Positions 7,819 to 16,546 of a stretch of DNA of 32,058 nucleotides are shown piece by piece. The translations under genes were made by a program, and so were the position numbers. The notes beneath the pieces are model-generated. The model searched no databases. It saw nothing but the letters and a program-made list of their open reading frames with translations, and was not told the DNA's origin. This stretch comes from an uncultured Candidatus Saccharibacteria bacterium (GTDB taxonomy: Bacteria > Patescibacteriota > Minisyncoccia > Phycocordibacterales > UBA5272), in the NCBI GenBank assembly GCA_964368915.1, contig CAYJDH010000001.1, positions 1-32,058 on the forward strand, given 5' to 3'. The stretch's first letter is position 1. Every line of letters starts with the position of its first letter.

Positions 7819-7846
7819 ATTCTACTCTTTATATAGCATTTGTCAA
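7819..7846 (-). promoter_or_regulatory. Sigma70-type promoter of cassette 2
   Basis: TTGACA (7846-7841), 16 bp, TAGAAT (7824-7819). The first 12 nt, TTGACAAATGCT, are identical to the cassette 3 promoter. Predicted leader is about 110 nt. Confidence 0.6.
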
Positions 7847-7893
7847 ACTGGTAAATGACAATAATAAAGAAATATGTTAATATTCTGTTCAAC

Positions 7894-7966
7894 GTCCCTA
7901 TAGCTCAGTCGGTAGAGCAACTGCCTTTTAAGCAGATGGTCGCTGGTTCGAATCCAGCTGGGGACA
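7894..7966 (+). tRNA. tRNA-Lys (anticodon UUU), no encoded CCA
   Basis: Acceptor GTCCCTA/TGGGGAC, D arm GCTC..GAGC, anticodon loop CTTTTAA, T arm GCTGG-TTCGAAT-CCAGC. Length 73 nt. Confidence 0.9.
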
Positions 7967-7982
7967 CACAAACGTAAAGAAA

Positions 7983-8010
7983 ATCAAAAGCCCCGCGAGG
8001 GGCTTTTGAT
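7983..8010. terminator. Bidirectional terminator between tRNA-Lys (+) and CDS 8048-9235 (-)
   Basis: ATCAAAAGCCCC-GCGA-GGGGCTTTTGAT, a 12-bp stem with A/T-rich shoulders. Confidence 0.75.
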
Positions 8011-8047
8011 TTGTACTCTGAACTATTTAGTTTTTAGAAACTTATAC

Positions 8048-9235
8048 TTAGTCTTGCTCTATTTCGCAGGCAGTGATTGATCCATCAGCGTTTTTTACGC
8101 CTTCGTATTCAACCTTCATACCAACTTTTAAAGCTGTAACATTTTTCTTTAGATCTATTTCTGTCTCATCTGTTACTCTGATGAGAATATTTTTAACAGT
8201 TATGGCTGTTGACGTGACGGCTGTTATTTTGCCCTCACCCTCAACATTCTGTGTTTGTGTTTGATTCCCACCTTGACCTCTGTGACGTCCATTGTGATTT
8301 TGGTCATTGTCTCTATGACCATACCCGTTCCACCAACCATAATGGTTTCCATTGTTACCATGACCTTGATGATAGTCATCATCGTCATCATTACCACACA
8401 CAGATGGAGGTGTTACAACATCGGCTGGATCAATTGTGATTGATATCGTACCAGTTCCGAGAGTGCCAGCAGAATCCCTAGCTGACAAAGCTATATTGTA
8501 CGTTCCTGTGGCTGTCGGTGTACCAGACAGGATACCTGTAGAAGATATCACCATGCCAGCCGGTACCCCTGTCGCAGTGACAGAATGTGGAGCTATACCT
8601 GTAGCCATAAGGCTAATAGATGTATAAGCAACACCAACTTTTCCGTTTAACAAAGAGGCTATGAATGTCACAGCAGGAGGAGCAACATCAACAACAATGT
8701 TAGTAGCGTGAACAACACCTAGAGCATCAACTGTTCCGGTGTATGTTATAAATTTTCCCGCAAGAGTAAAATATGTTGTTCCATTCAGAAAATCAATAAC
8801 CGTATCGTCTGAGATAGAAATATTAACATTTGTAGGGACTAGACCACCGTTAACGACAATAGAGTTGAACCCTGTACCCGTAACGATACCAGCACCAGAT
8901 ACCACAGGCTCCGGGTCTACTGTTATAGAGATATCTCCAGACACAGAAGCATTAGTAGAGTCTGTAGCAGACACGTTTAATGTATATGTGCCAACAGTTG
9001 TAGGTGTGCCAGATATGAATCCATCAGCTGACACAGTCATACCAGCTGGGACGCCAGCAACTGTAACAACATATGGAGAGACACCCGAGGTGACTAGATT
9101 GGTTATTGGATAGGCTCTGTTAACCATAGCATTTGCTAATGTAGGAGTGATAGACACCGCCATTGCAAATTGTGAAAACAGTGCGAGAGAAAGGCCAGCA
9201 AAAATACTGGTTCTCTTCAAAGATTTTAAAGACAT
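8048..9235 (-). CDS. Secreted surface protein with two putative Ig-like (He_PIG/cadherin-like) repeats, a His/Asn/Gly/Asp-rich linker and a small C-terminal beta domain
   Basis: Signal peptide MSLKSLKRTSIFAGLSLALFSQFAMA. Two copies of the motif G(V)PAGM.(V/I)S..G.(I/L)SGTPT..GTY.(L/I)..SA.DS. Linker DDDDDYHQGHGNNGNHYGWWNGYGHRDNDQNHNGRHRGQGGNQ. Confidence 0.7.
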   Translation of the reverse strand: MSLKSLKRTSIFAGLSLALFSQFAMAVSITPTLANAMVNRAYPITNLVTSGVSPYVVTVAGVPAGMTVSADGFISGTPTTVGTYTLNVSATDSTNASVSGDISITVDPEPVVSGAGIVTGTGFNSIVVNGGLVPTNVNISISDDTVIDFLNGTTYFTLAGKFITYTGTVDALGVVHATNIVVDVAPPAVTFIASLLNGKVGVAYTSISLMATGIAPHSVTATGVPAGMVISSTGILSGTPTATGTYNIALSARDSAGTLGTGTISITIDPADVVTPPSVCGNDDDDDYHQGHGNNGNHYGWWNGYGHRDNDQNHNGRHRGQGGNQTQTQNVEGEGKITAVTSTAITVKNILIRVTDETEIDLKKNVTALKVGMKVEYEGVKNADGSITACEIEQD

Positions 9236-9432
9236 TAATTTTGGATTAGATTTTGCTTTGATAAGAAAATACGGAATTCAAAGCACCTTTACAAAAAGTG
9301 TAGCACCTATGTTTAAAATATACTAGAGGCTAATACTGGGGATAGTCGTAGCGTACTCGAACCCGGACTCACTTGGGGTTATAAAAGCCTTTGATTTATC
9401 ATCTCTTAATGGCCCACCACCTAAATACCAGA

Positions 9433-9441
9433 TTATCCACA
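9433..9441 (+). promoter_or_regulatory. Perfect DnaA-box 9-mer TTATCCACA (orphan, intergenic)
   Basis: Exact match to the E. coli-type consensus, read directly in the 242-bp spacer downstream of the holA-like gene. Confidence 0.3.
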
Positions 9442-9477
9442 GCACCCAAAATCCTACAAAAAAATAAAAGAGATATC

Positions 9478-10044
9478 TCATATTTTTAGTATAAGCTTCT
9501 CTAGGTCATCATACAAATCACCTTTCCCCTCATGTGCCTCGTGGCGCATATTAATAAGTTCAAACATCCCCTGTTTGTTTCTCATTGTTTTCATTTTCCA
9601 ATACAACACCCCTTGCAACTCTTCCGCCGGCATCAGACCTTTTATTCTTTGTAGCTCTATCCAGGCTCCACGTTTGTCTTTGTTTTGTATTAACGTAGCC
9701 AACACAAACGGATCCACTTTTTCCTTTTCTTCCTGACAATCAAAGACTTTTTCAGCAAAAGTTGAAAGCTTTTTCAATGTTGCCGGCAATATCTGTGTCT
9801 CGTCTATCAAAAACATATTTTCTGACTTTTGCATTTCTTTCAAATATCCGTACAGAGTCTCTCTTTCTTTTTCACCTTGCCACTCTTCGATGCGTATCAC
9901 CTCTCTATTCCCAAACATATCTACTTGTAAATATTGTTTTAGGCTTTCTATTTCACCAGCCCTCAGGACACGAGTTGTACCCGAGAATATTTTATCCCCC
10001 TTGATTCTCTCTTTTAAATTTGTCCCAACTCTTATATATATCAT
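9478..10044 (-). CDS. holA: Short DNA polymerase III delta subunit-like protein (HolA-like)
   Basis: 188 aa. The start ATG overlaps the polA stop (ATGA), implying translational coupling. The helical C-terminal part loosely resembles delta domain III. Weak assignment. Confidence 0.35.
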   Translation of the reverse strand: MIYIRVGTNLKERIKGDKIFSGTTRVLRAGEIESLKQYLQVDMFGNREVIRIEEWQGEKERETLYGYLKEMQKSENMFLIDETQILPATLKKLSTFAEKVFDCQEEKEKVDPFVLATLIQNKDKRGAWIELQRIKGLMPAEELQGVLYWKMKTMRNKQGMFELINMRHEAHEGKGDLYDDLEKLILKI

Positions 10045-12398
10045 AGTTTCCCCAGCTTATCCCCGATATCACAACTAACCTGTAACGGTATAATATTTAT
10101 CCCTCTTTTTTCTAAAACATTTTGCATTATTGTCTTTATTTTCTCTGACAACTCTGCGGCGACAGCCTCTTTTGCTTCAAATACCAACTCATCATGTATT
10201 TGCAATTGCATTTTGAGGTCTCCGTTTTTAAAGTACTTTTCCAAGTCTCTATAAACATCTATCATTCCGAGCTTGATAATATCAGCACTAGTCCCTTGTA
10301 TCGGTGCATTTATAGCTATACGTTCACCTTGGGATCTCATGAATGGGATCTTTGATCGGAGCAATGGTATGTGACGCGGACGACCGAAAAGTGTGACTGT
10401 GTGCCCCGTTTTTGTGGCGTCAGCCTTAACCCTTTCTAAATAGCTCATCAATGTTATGAATGTAGACTTGTAAGTATCATAGAACTCCTGCGCCTCAGCC
10501 CTATCCACCCCCATGGACTCTTTTAAAGCATTCACACCCATGCCATAAAGTATCCCGAAATTTATTGCTTTTGCTTTTCTTCTCTCCTCTTTTGTTACCT
10601 CTTCTTCTTTTTTGTGAAGAGTTCTCGCAGCCACACCAAGATGTACGTCCTGATTTCTTTTAAATATATCTATTAAGTTCTCATCATGGGAAAGTATGGC
10701 CGCAGCGCGCAGATCTATCTGTGAATAGTCGAGAGATATCAATTTACAACCCTTGTCTGCTACAAATATATTTCTAATGGCCTCAGAATACTCGCTCTTT
10801 ACTGGCAAGTTCTGCATGTTTGGATTCTCACAACTAAATCTGCCCGTGGATGCACCTGTCTGCAAAAAATGTGGGTGTATACGTCCATCATCCCCCACAA
10901 ATCCAGCGAGAGGATGTAAATATGTGCTGTATAGCTTGGTCACTTCACGCCAACTGAGTATCAGATCTATTATCTCATGTTCCTCGCGCATACTGTTTAG
11001 CATTTCTACATTTGTGCTGCGTTTACCTGTGGCTGTCTTTTTAATTTTTTGTCCGAGACCCATCTCATCGTAAAGGACTTCACCAAGTTGTTTTGGGCTC
11101 GAGATCAAAAACTCTCTGCCTGCTAATGTATATATCTTTTGTTCAAAATCTTTTATTCTTTTTTCAAAATTTTTGAGCTGCTCATCCAACGCCTTCATGT
11201 CTACACACATGCCAGATTGTCCCATGTGTCTGATTATCTCTAGTATTGGCAACTCTGTGTTGTTGTAATAGTCGGTCAGTCCAGCCTCGTCTATTTTTTC
11301 TAACAAGGTTTTTTTGGTTTCATCATAACCGCCAACTATTTGATGTGTGGTTTGTATCTCTTCGAATGTTGGTTTGATTTGTTCTGAGTTGAGCAGTATG
11401 GCCATACTTTGCAACTCCTCCAGCTCCTCATCTGATATGACAACTTTATTATCTTCTTTTTCTTGCTCTATATCATCCAGACTTTTACCTTCTTTTTCCA
11501 TTTCAAAATAGTCAAAATAATTGCGAAGACTTCGGAGTTCATACTCATCACATAGCGATTGATACTTTTTTATATCTACACATTCTGGCCAATGATGATT
11601 TAGATCTGGTTTTACCTCTGCGTCTAGCCTGATAGTAGCGAGGGTTTTTGAGAACTCCGCCTCCTCGGCATTAGTTTTTAACTTCTCAAGTATTCGAGGA
11701 GATATATATTCCAAGACTTTGCTCTCGTCTTTTTTAATTTGTTTATATAAGTTTTCAATACTATCAAAAGCATTCACAAGCTTGATGGCTGTCTTTTCCC
11801 CTATTCCGTCCACTCCCATTATATTGTCCCCCGCATCTCCCGCCAGACCCTTATAGTCTGGTATCTGTGTTGGCTTTATGCCGTATCTGGCTATTACTGC
11901 AGCCTCATCGAAAAATGCTGTCTCTATACCTTTTTTCATAGTGTATACAAAGACGTTTTTATTCACGAGCTGCATCACATCCATATCACCACTAACTATC
12001 ACCACATCATATTCCTTTGGATCAAATTGTCTCGAGAGGGTGCCCAATAAATCATCAGCTTCGAACCCCTCCAATTCTATTATCGGTATACCTAGAGCCT
12101 CACAAAATCTTTTGCTTTCAATTATCTGACTTTTCAAATCGTCATCTGTGCTTTTGCGTGTGCCCTTATAATTCTCGTATGCAATGTGTCTGAATGTGGG
12201 TTTTGGTAAATCATAACAAGCCACCACATATTGTGGATCGACGTCTTTTACACCGTTGAATATCATTCGCACAAATCCAAACAAGGCCCCAGTTGGCCTG
12301 CCATCACGAGTTGAGAATCCGCTCATAGCATGATATGCCCGATGCAACAGTGCATGACTATCAATCAATATTATTCTCTTTTTATTTTTGTTTAACAT
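10041..12398 (-). CDS. polA: DNA polymerase I (5'-3' exonuclease plus polymerase domains; reduced or vestigial 3'-5' exonuclease region)
   Basis: N-terminal FEN-like domain (LIDSHALLHRAYHA, GIGEKTA). Pol motifs A DYSQIDLR, B RRKAKAINFGILYG, C QIHDELVFE. 785 aa. Confidence 0.95.
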   Translation of the reverse strand: MLNKNKKRIILIDSHALLHRAYHAMSGFSTRDGRPTGALFGFVRMIFNGVKDVDPQYVVACYDLPKPTFRHIAYENYKGTRKSTDDDLKSQIIESKRFCEALGIPIIELEGFEADDLLGTLSRQFDPKEYDVVIVSGDMDVMQLVNKNVFVYTMKKGIETAFFDEAAVIARYGIKPTQIPDYKGLAGDAGDNIMGVDGIGEKTAIKLVNAFDSIENLYKQIKKDESKVLEYISPRILEKLKTNAEEAEFSKTLATIRLDAEVKPDLNHHWPECVDIKKYQSLCDEYELRSLRNYFDYFEMEKEGKSLDDIEQEKEDNKVVISDEELEELQSMAILLNSEQIKPTFEEIQTTHQIVGGYDETKKTLLEKIDEAGLTDYYNNTELPILEIIRHMGQSGMCVDMKALDEQLKNFEKRIKDFEQKIYTLAGREFLISSPKQLGEVLYDEMGLGQKIKKTATGKRSTNVEMLNSMREEHEIIDLILSWREVTKLYSTYLHPLAGFVGDDGRIHPHFLQTGASTGRFSCENPNMQNLPVKSEYSEAIRNIFVADKGCKLISLDYSQIDLRAAAILSHDENLIDIFKRNQDVHLGVAARTLHKKEEEVTKEERRKAKAINFGILYGMGVNALKESMGVDRAEAQEFYDTYKSTFITLMSYLERVKADATKTGHTVTLFGRPRHIPLLRSKIPFMRSQGERIAINAPIQGTSADIIKLGMIDVYRDLEKYFKNGDLKMQLQIHDELVFEAKEAVAAELSEKIKTIMQNVLEKRGINIIPLQVSCDIGDKLGKL

Positions 12399-12837
12399 TT
12401 GATTTCTTTGCTATGTGTTTTACATCTATATCTCTCTCGTTTTCATTTTTATGTTTCAATGTGAGGACAATGTCAGGATCTCCTGCGTGCATTTTTTCTG
12501 GCCACTCGATTATTGTGAGGGTGTTTTTATTTTGTATTTTGTCCAACTCGAGAACTCTGCCTTCGTCTTTGTTTTCAAATCTATAAGCGTCTATATGATA
12601 AAGTTTTTTTATTGATTTGTGTTTGGCTTCGTACTCACGCATAAAAACAAAAGTTGGGCTCTGGACAGACGCTGTGATGCCGAGTGCCTTTGCTATGCTT
12701 TTGACCAAGGTTGTCTTGCCGGCGCCGAGGTCACCAACTAAATGTATTATTTTTGAGGTCTTTGTTTCATTCAGACTGTCCACTATCGCCGTTGCGACTT
12801 GGTCTAAATGTTCCAACTTTACACCTTTTAATTTCAT
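12382..12837 (-). CDS. tsaE: tRNA t6A37 biosynthesis ATPase TsaE
   Basis: GDLGAGKTTLVKSIAKALGI P-loop, SPTFVFMREYE, LYHIDAYR. Overlaps the polA start by 17 nt. Confidence 0.85.
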   Translation of the reverse strand: MKLKGVKLEHLDQVATAIVDSLNETKTSKIIHLVGDLGAGKTTLVKSIAKALGITASVQSPTFVFMREYEAKHKSIKKLYHIDAYRFENKDEGRVLELDKIQNKNTLTIIEWPEKMHAGDPDIVLTLKHKNENERDIDVKHIAKKSNVKQK

Positions 12838-12859
12838 CTATACATTTTAACACAAAACA

Positions 12860-12879
12860 GCCGCCCCTTTCGGGGCGGC
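12860..12879. terminator. Terminator hairpin after the 822-aa surface protein gene
   Basis: GCCGCCCC-TTTC-GGGGCGGC, with a T-rich tract on both strands. Confidence 0.75.
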
Positions 12880-12928
12880 CGTTTTTATTACTCTTTAAGG
12901 CTTTTTGTTGTTGGAGTTTTGGATTATC

Positions 12929-15397
12929 TTAGTGATGACCCTTGTGCGCCTCGCCTTTTATCCCAGTATATATAGATCTACCGAGAACAATGAGAACCAG
13001 TATCAGAGCTATTATCGCTAACCACTCTAATACAGTATTAGGTAGGAAAGATCTTTCGTTATCAGTCTTTACGTCTGTCTTTGTTACCTCTGTATTATTT
13101 TTAGCCTCATCTTGAGCTGCTGCTATAGTGCTAACTATATATGCAGTGTTCTCGTCTCTAATAGGTGAACCCTTGCTATCTAATGCGTCATAAGATATGT
13201 ATGTACTGATAACAGCAGACTTGTTTACAGATGCGCTGTCTTTTACTTTTACCTTTACAATCAGATCGTCTGACATACCAGCCCCTACAGTATCTAGATT
13301 TGCAACCACTGTGTTGTTGCTCTCATCGTATATACCTCTGTTGCTGCTAACATATGTCATCTCGCTAGGCAGCACCATCTTGATAGTTGCATTTGTAAGT
13401 TTGATCTTGCTTGTATTTAGATAGTGAGCACGATACTCTACCACCTCTCCTAACGCTACCAGACCTGACTTTTTCTCCAGGGTGATAGACATTAATTTCT
13501 CTCCCTCAGATAGAGACTCTTTTGCACCTGTATCATCTGTACAGATAATAGGCTTTGTTGGAGTCTTTGGATTGCTCGGTGTTACTGGTATATAGGTTAT
13601 AGTGTCACCAGTAGTACGGAATGATATTATCTCACCCCTGTATGTTCCGTTGGCATTGCTCATCACAGCTCTACAATAATATGTAGTATTAGCCTTGAGT
13701 CCTGTTATCTGGTTACCAAATGGTGAAGATGGCAAGTTACCAATAGACGCACTGTTTGTTACGCGTCCCAGGTCGCGAGTCTCACCGTATTCGAACCATC
13801 CATTTGAATATACTCCATTTGATATGATACCTACACCGTTACATCTAGCGCTTGTCTTTGTTATCTGTGTCACCGCTGTTGTTACAACTCTGTGACTAGA
13901 TGGCAAGTTCTGACGCACTGTTACTGTTGTGCTGTCTGTTGCTGATTGGCCTTGGGCGTTATAACAAGTAATAGTATATGTTGTTGTGTCGAGTAGATTT
14001 GATCTATTCATTGACCCCTGTAAATTCACATTGCCGCTCCATCCATTTGAGGCTGTACAATATGTTGCGTTTTGGCTTGTCCATGTCAGTACAGCACTCT
14101 CTCCACGATTTACTATGCTCGGGTTGATGTTGATGTCAACTGTTGGATAGTTGTTATATGTTGGACAGATTTGTGTATCTGGGATAGTTGTCCCATTTGG
14201 ACAAACTCTATAACAAGCCTGTGTGTCCAGTACTGTTGTACCGTTTGGACAAGTCTTGTAACACTGTTGTGATATCAATACTGTTGTACCGTTTGGACAG
14301 ATTTTGTATTGACTTGGACAAACTGACGTTACTGGTATAACTGTACCGTTCCAACATGTTTGTGTTTGATTTGGACATACATCCCAAATGCTAACAGTCT
14401 GACCGTTTGGACAAGTTTTTGTCTGAGGCACACAGCTTGTACCATTCCAATAATAGTTTGTAGGACAATTGTTTGTTACTACATTTGTAACACAATGACC
14501 ATTTGTATACACGAGGCCAGTTGGACAGATATTACATCCAGGATAATTTGTTGCTCCGTTTGTACACACTGGTGTTGGTTGTGTGTATGTTGGTTGTGTA
14601 TATGTATTGTAACTACCTGTAGTGGTGTTATTGTTTACAGTTGTAAATGTCGTGTTTGTGTTTGTATTACAATTGTTTTGCCCTGCACAAGTATTGTTAA
14701 TATTTGTGTTCGTATTTGTATTAGTGTTGTAATTCCAAACAGGAGCATATGTGCTGTTGGTGTTAGTATTTGTACTGGTGTTCCAATTATAACTCGGTGT
14801 CGTGTATGTCGGCGCTGGTCTTATTGTTAGATCTGGATAGCCTGGGTTTATCCATGTAGGGTATGTCGTTGGAGCTATATAGTATGTATTCGGTGTTGTG
14901 TATCCAGTGTATCCGGTATATGTATTTGCTGGTATATACGTGTTAGGTATAGTCTGTGTGTTCCAAGTGTTTGGAGTCACAGTAAGTGTCGGCTCTGGAT
15001 TGCTCCAATAGTTATTGGTTTGTGGTGGAACCCATATTGAATTGGAACAATTACCAATAGAAACACAGTCATTCCATGCGTAGTCTATATTTGGATCTGT
15101 ATAAGTGTTTGTTGGAACAGTTGTTCCGTTTGTATATGAAAAACCTGTATTGTCATAATAAGACCCGTAACTTGAGTTATTCGAGTTGCCACAAAAGCCG
15201 TAACTAATACAGTCATTCCATGCGTAGTCTATATTTGGATCTGTGTAAGTATTTGTTGGAACAGTGGTAGCGTCGTCCCAACAGAACCCCATCTCGTCAC
15301 ACTCAGCTAGAGATATGTTTGTTACAGAAAAGAAAAAGGCCAAGACGAACAAAACTGTTGAGATATTTTTAATTGTTTTAATAAGGTTGTTTTTCAT
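12929..15397 (-). CDS. Large modular cell-surface protein (822 aa): signal peptide, Asn/Thr/Tyr-rich region, Cys-repeat modules, Ig/FN3-like and DUF11-like domains, C-terminal membrane anchor
   Basis: Signal/TM ISTVLFVLAFFFSVTNISLA. Duplicated TTVPTNTYTDPNIDYAWNDC module. At least five CPNG(T/Q)TV Cys repeats. C-terminal FLPNT plus hydrophobic helix plus basic tail. Confidence 0.8.
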   Translation of the reverse strand: MKNNLIKTIKNISTVLFVLAFFFSVTNISLAECDEMGFCWDDATTVPTNTYTDPNIDYAWNDCISYGFCGNSNNSSYGSYYDNTGFSYTNGTTVPTNTYTDPNIDYAWNDCVSIGNCSNSIWVPPQTNNYWSNPEPTLTVTPNTWNTQTIPNTYIPANTYTGYTGYTTPNTYYIAPTTYPTWINPGYPDLTIRPAPTYTTPSYNWNTSTNTNTNSTYAPVWNYNTNTNTNTNINNTCAGQNNCNTNTNTTFTTVNNNTTTGSYNTYTQPTYTQPTPVCTNGATNYPGCNICPTGLVYTNGHCVTNVVTNNCPTNYYWNGTSCVPQTKTCPNGQTVSIWDVCPNQTQTCWNGTVIPVTSVCPSQYKICPNGTTVLISQQCYKTCPNGTTVLDTQACYRVCPNGTTIPDTQICPTYNNYPTVDININPSIVNRGESAVLTWTSQNATYCTASNGWSGNVNLQGSMNRSNLLDTTTYTITCYNAQGQSATDSTTVTVRQNLPSSHRVVTTAVTQITKTSARCNGVGIISNGVYSNGWFEYGETRDLGRVTNSASIGNLPSSPFGNQITGLKANTTYYCRAVMSNANGTYRGEIISFRTTGDTITYIPVTPSNPKTPTKPIICTDDTGAKESLSEGEKLMSITLEKKSGLVALGEVVEYRAHYLNTSKIKLTNATIKMVLPSEMTYVSSNRGIYDESNNTVVANLDTVGAGMSDDLIVKVKVKDSASVNKSAVISTYISYDALDSKGSPIRDENTAYIVSTIAAAQDEAKNNTEVTKTDVKTDNERSFLPNTVLEWLAIIALILVLIVLGRSIYTGIKGEAHKGHH
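15065..15267 (-). repeat. Intragenic duplication, about 59 bp near-identical copies with a 144-bp period
   Basis: ACAGTCATTCCATGCGTAGTCTATATTTGGATCTGT(A/G)TAAGT(G/A)TTTGTTGGAACAGT at about 15065-15123 and 15209-15267. It encodes the repeated TTVPTNTYTDPNIDYAWNDC module. Confidence 0.8.
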
Positions 15398-15429
15398 ATT
15401 GTTTACTTATACTTTTTTAAGTTAAATAC

Positions 15430-15459
15430 ATACTATCACATAAATACCCACTTTGTCAA
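15430..15459 (-). promoter_or_regulatory. Promoter of the 822-aa surface protein gene (extended -10)
   Basis: TTGACA (15459-15454), 18 bp, TGA-TAGTAT (15435-15430). Confidence 0.55.
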
Positions 15460-15460
15460 G

Positions 15461-15469
15461 TTATCCACA
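15461..15469 (+). promoter_or_regulatory. Perfect DnaA-box 9-mer TTATCCACA abutting the -35 of the surface-protein promoter
   Basis: Exact consensus, separated by 1 nt from the -35 hexamer at 15454-15459. Confidence 0.3.
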
Positions 15470-15498
15470 GTTTTGTCTATAATTTTTAGCATAAAAAA

Positions 15499-15526
15499 AC
15501 CCGGAAAGCATGTAGCTACTCCGGGT
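15499..15526 (-). terminator. Terminator of cassette 3
   Basis: ACCCGGA...TCCGGGT stem, followed on the minus strand by T7 (A-run 15492-15498). Confidence 0.7.
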
Positions 15527-15547
15527 TGTGGGCTTTGTACGCTTGCC

Positions 15548-16546
15548 CTATTTGCGCGGACCTTGTGTGCGTCCGGCGATGATGCAAGCGTTCGGGAAAT
15601 TGAAGTATTTCACCACATGGTGCCAAACTTGTTTTTCCACGAACTCCTGATCTGTATCGCAGCTCGCCGACACCTTGCGGTTGGTCAGCATTGATTTAAC
15701 GGTTTTGTTGGCCAACTTTGTGCCGAGGGTTGTCTTGTTGACCGTTCCGTCAGCGTTCATGTCTTCGTCAAGCAGCTCTGTGATTTGCAGGTTGCCAGAC
15801 TTTTCGTCAGTAGCCAACCAGAGAAGGCGATCTTTTGGACCGACATTCCCCACGACGATGCCGCAAATCTTGGCCTTTACCTCGCTACGAAATGTGGCCT
15901 GTTGTTTCCAGGCACATCCCTGTGTGTAGCACATCTCTTTCGAAATGTTTACTTCGGTTTTGCCGATGGCGACGTCGAGCTTTGGTCCTGGGACTGTATG
16001 CTTTTCGCCTGTCCAACCCTTGTCTGTCCACGTTACTTTACCGGAGGTCTCCACCTCCTGTTCAAATGTCATGGTGAGCTTTGGCAACTTGCAGACCAGG
16101 CCGACTTCGGTGGCAACCAATGTCCCGTTGTCAGTGGCGCAAACTTTTTCAAGTTGGCACTTTCCGTCGCAAACAGGACGTTGAATGTCGAGATTGGTCG
16201 CCGGTTCTTCTTTACGAACGACGCCAGCTTTTTCAACCTTGCGGACAACATTACCGCAACCGATGTCGTAAACCTCTCCACCTTTGACAGTGGCATGTTT
16301 ACGAACCTTTGTGGTCCGGCAAGTTACCCAACCTATCATGTCGTCACCGACACGATAGGACATGGTAACGGTAGAGCCGACAGGAATCACTTCCTCCGAC
16401 ACTACTACGTTGTTCTTTTGATCGGCTGCGTAGCGGCCGATTTCCACCGGCGCCACATCGTGACGGCAGTCTTGAACTGCGGCTGCGTGTGCAGCTACAG
16501 AGAACAGTGTGATTACGCTTGCGATCGTGGCGATGAATTTCTTCAT
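15548..16546 (-). CDS. GC-rich cassette 3: secreted Cys-rich protein of unknown function (332 aa precursor)
   Basis: Start placed at ATG 16546 (MKKFIATIASVITLFSVAAHA signal peptide), with GGAG 6 nt upstream. The track's GTG at 16624 lies inside the -10 region. 60% GC at 16081-16140. At least 14 Cys. Confidence 0.75.
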   Translation of the reverse strand: MKKFIATIASVITLFSVAAHAAAVQDCRHDVAPVEIGRYAADQKNNVVVSEEVIPVGSTVTMSYRVGDDMIGWVTCRTTKVRKHATVKGGEVYDIGCGNVVRKVEKAGVVRKEEPATNLDIQRPVCDGKCQLEKVCATDNGTLVATEVGLVCKLPKLTMTFEQEVETSGKVTWTDKGWTGEKHTVPGPKLDVAIGKTEVNISKEMCYTQGCAWKQQATFRSEVKAKICGIVVGNVGPKDRLLWLATDEKSGNLQITELLDEDMNADGTVNKTTLGTKLANKTVKSMLTNRKVSASCDTDQEFVEKQVWHHVVKYFNFPNACIIAGRTQGPRK

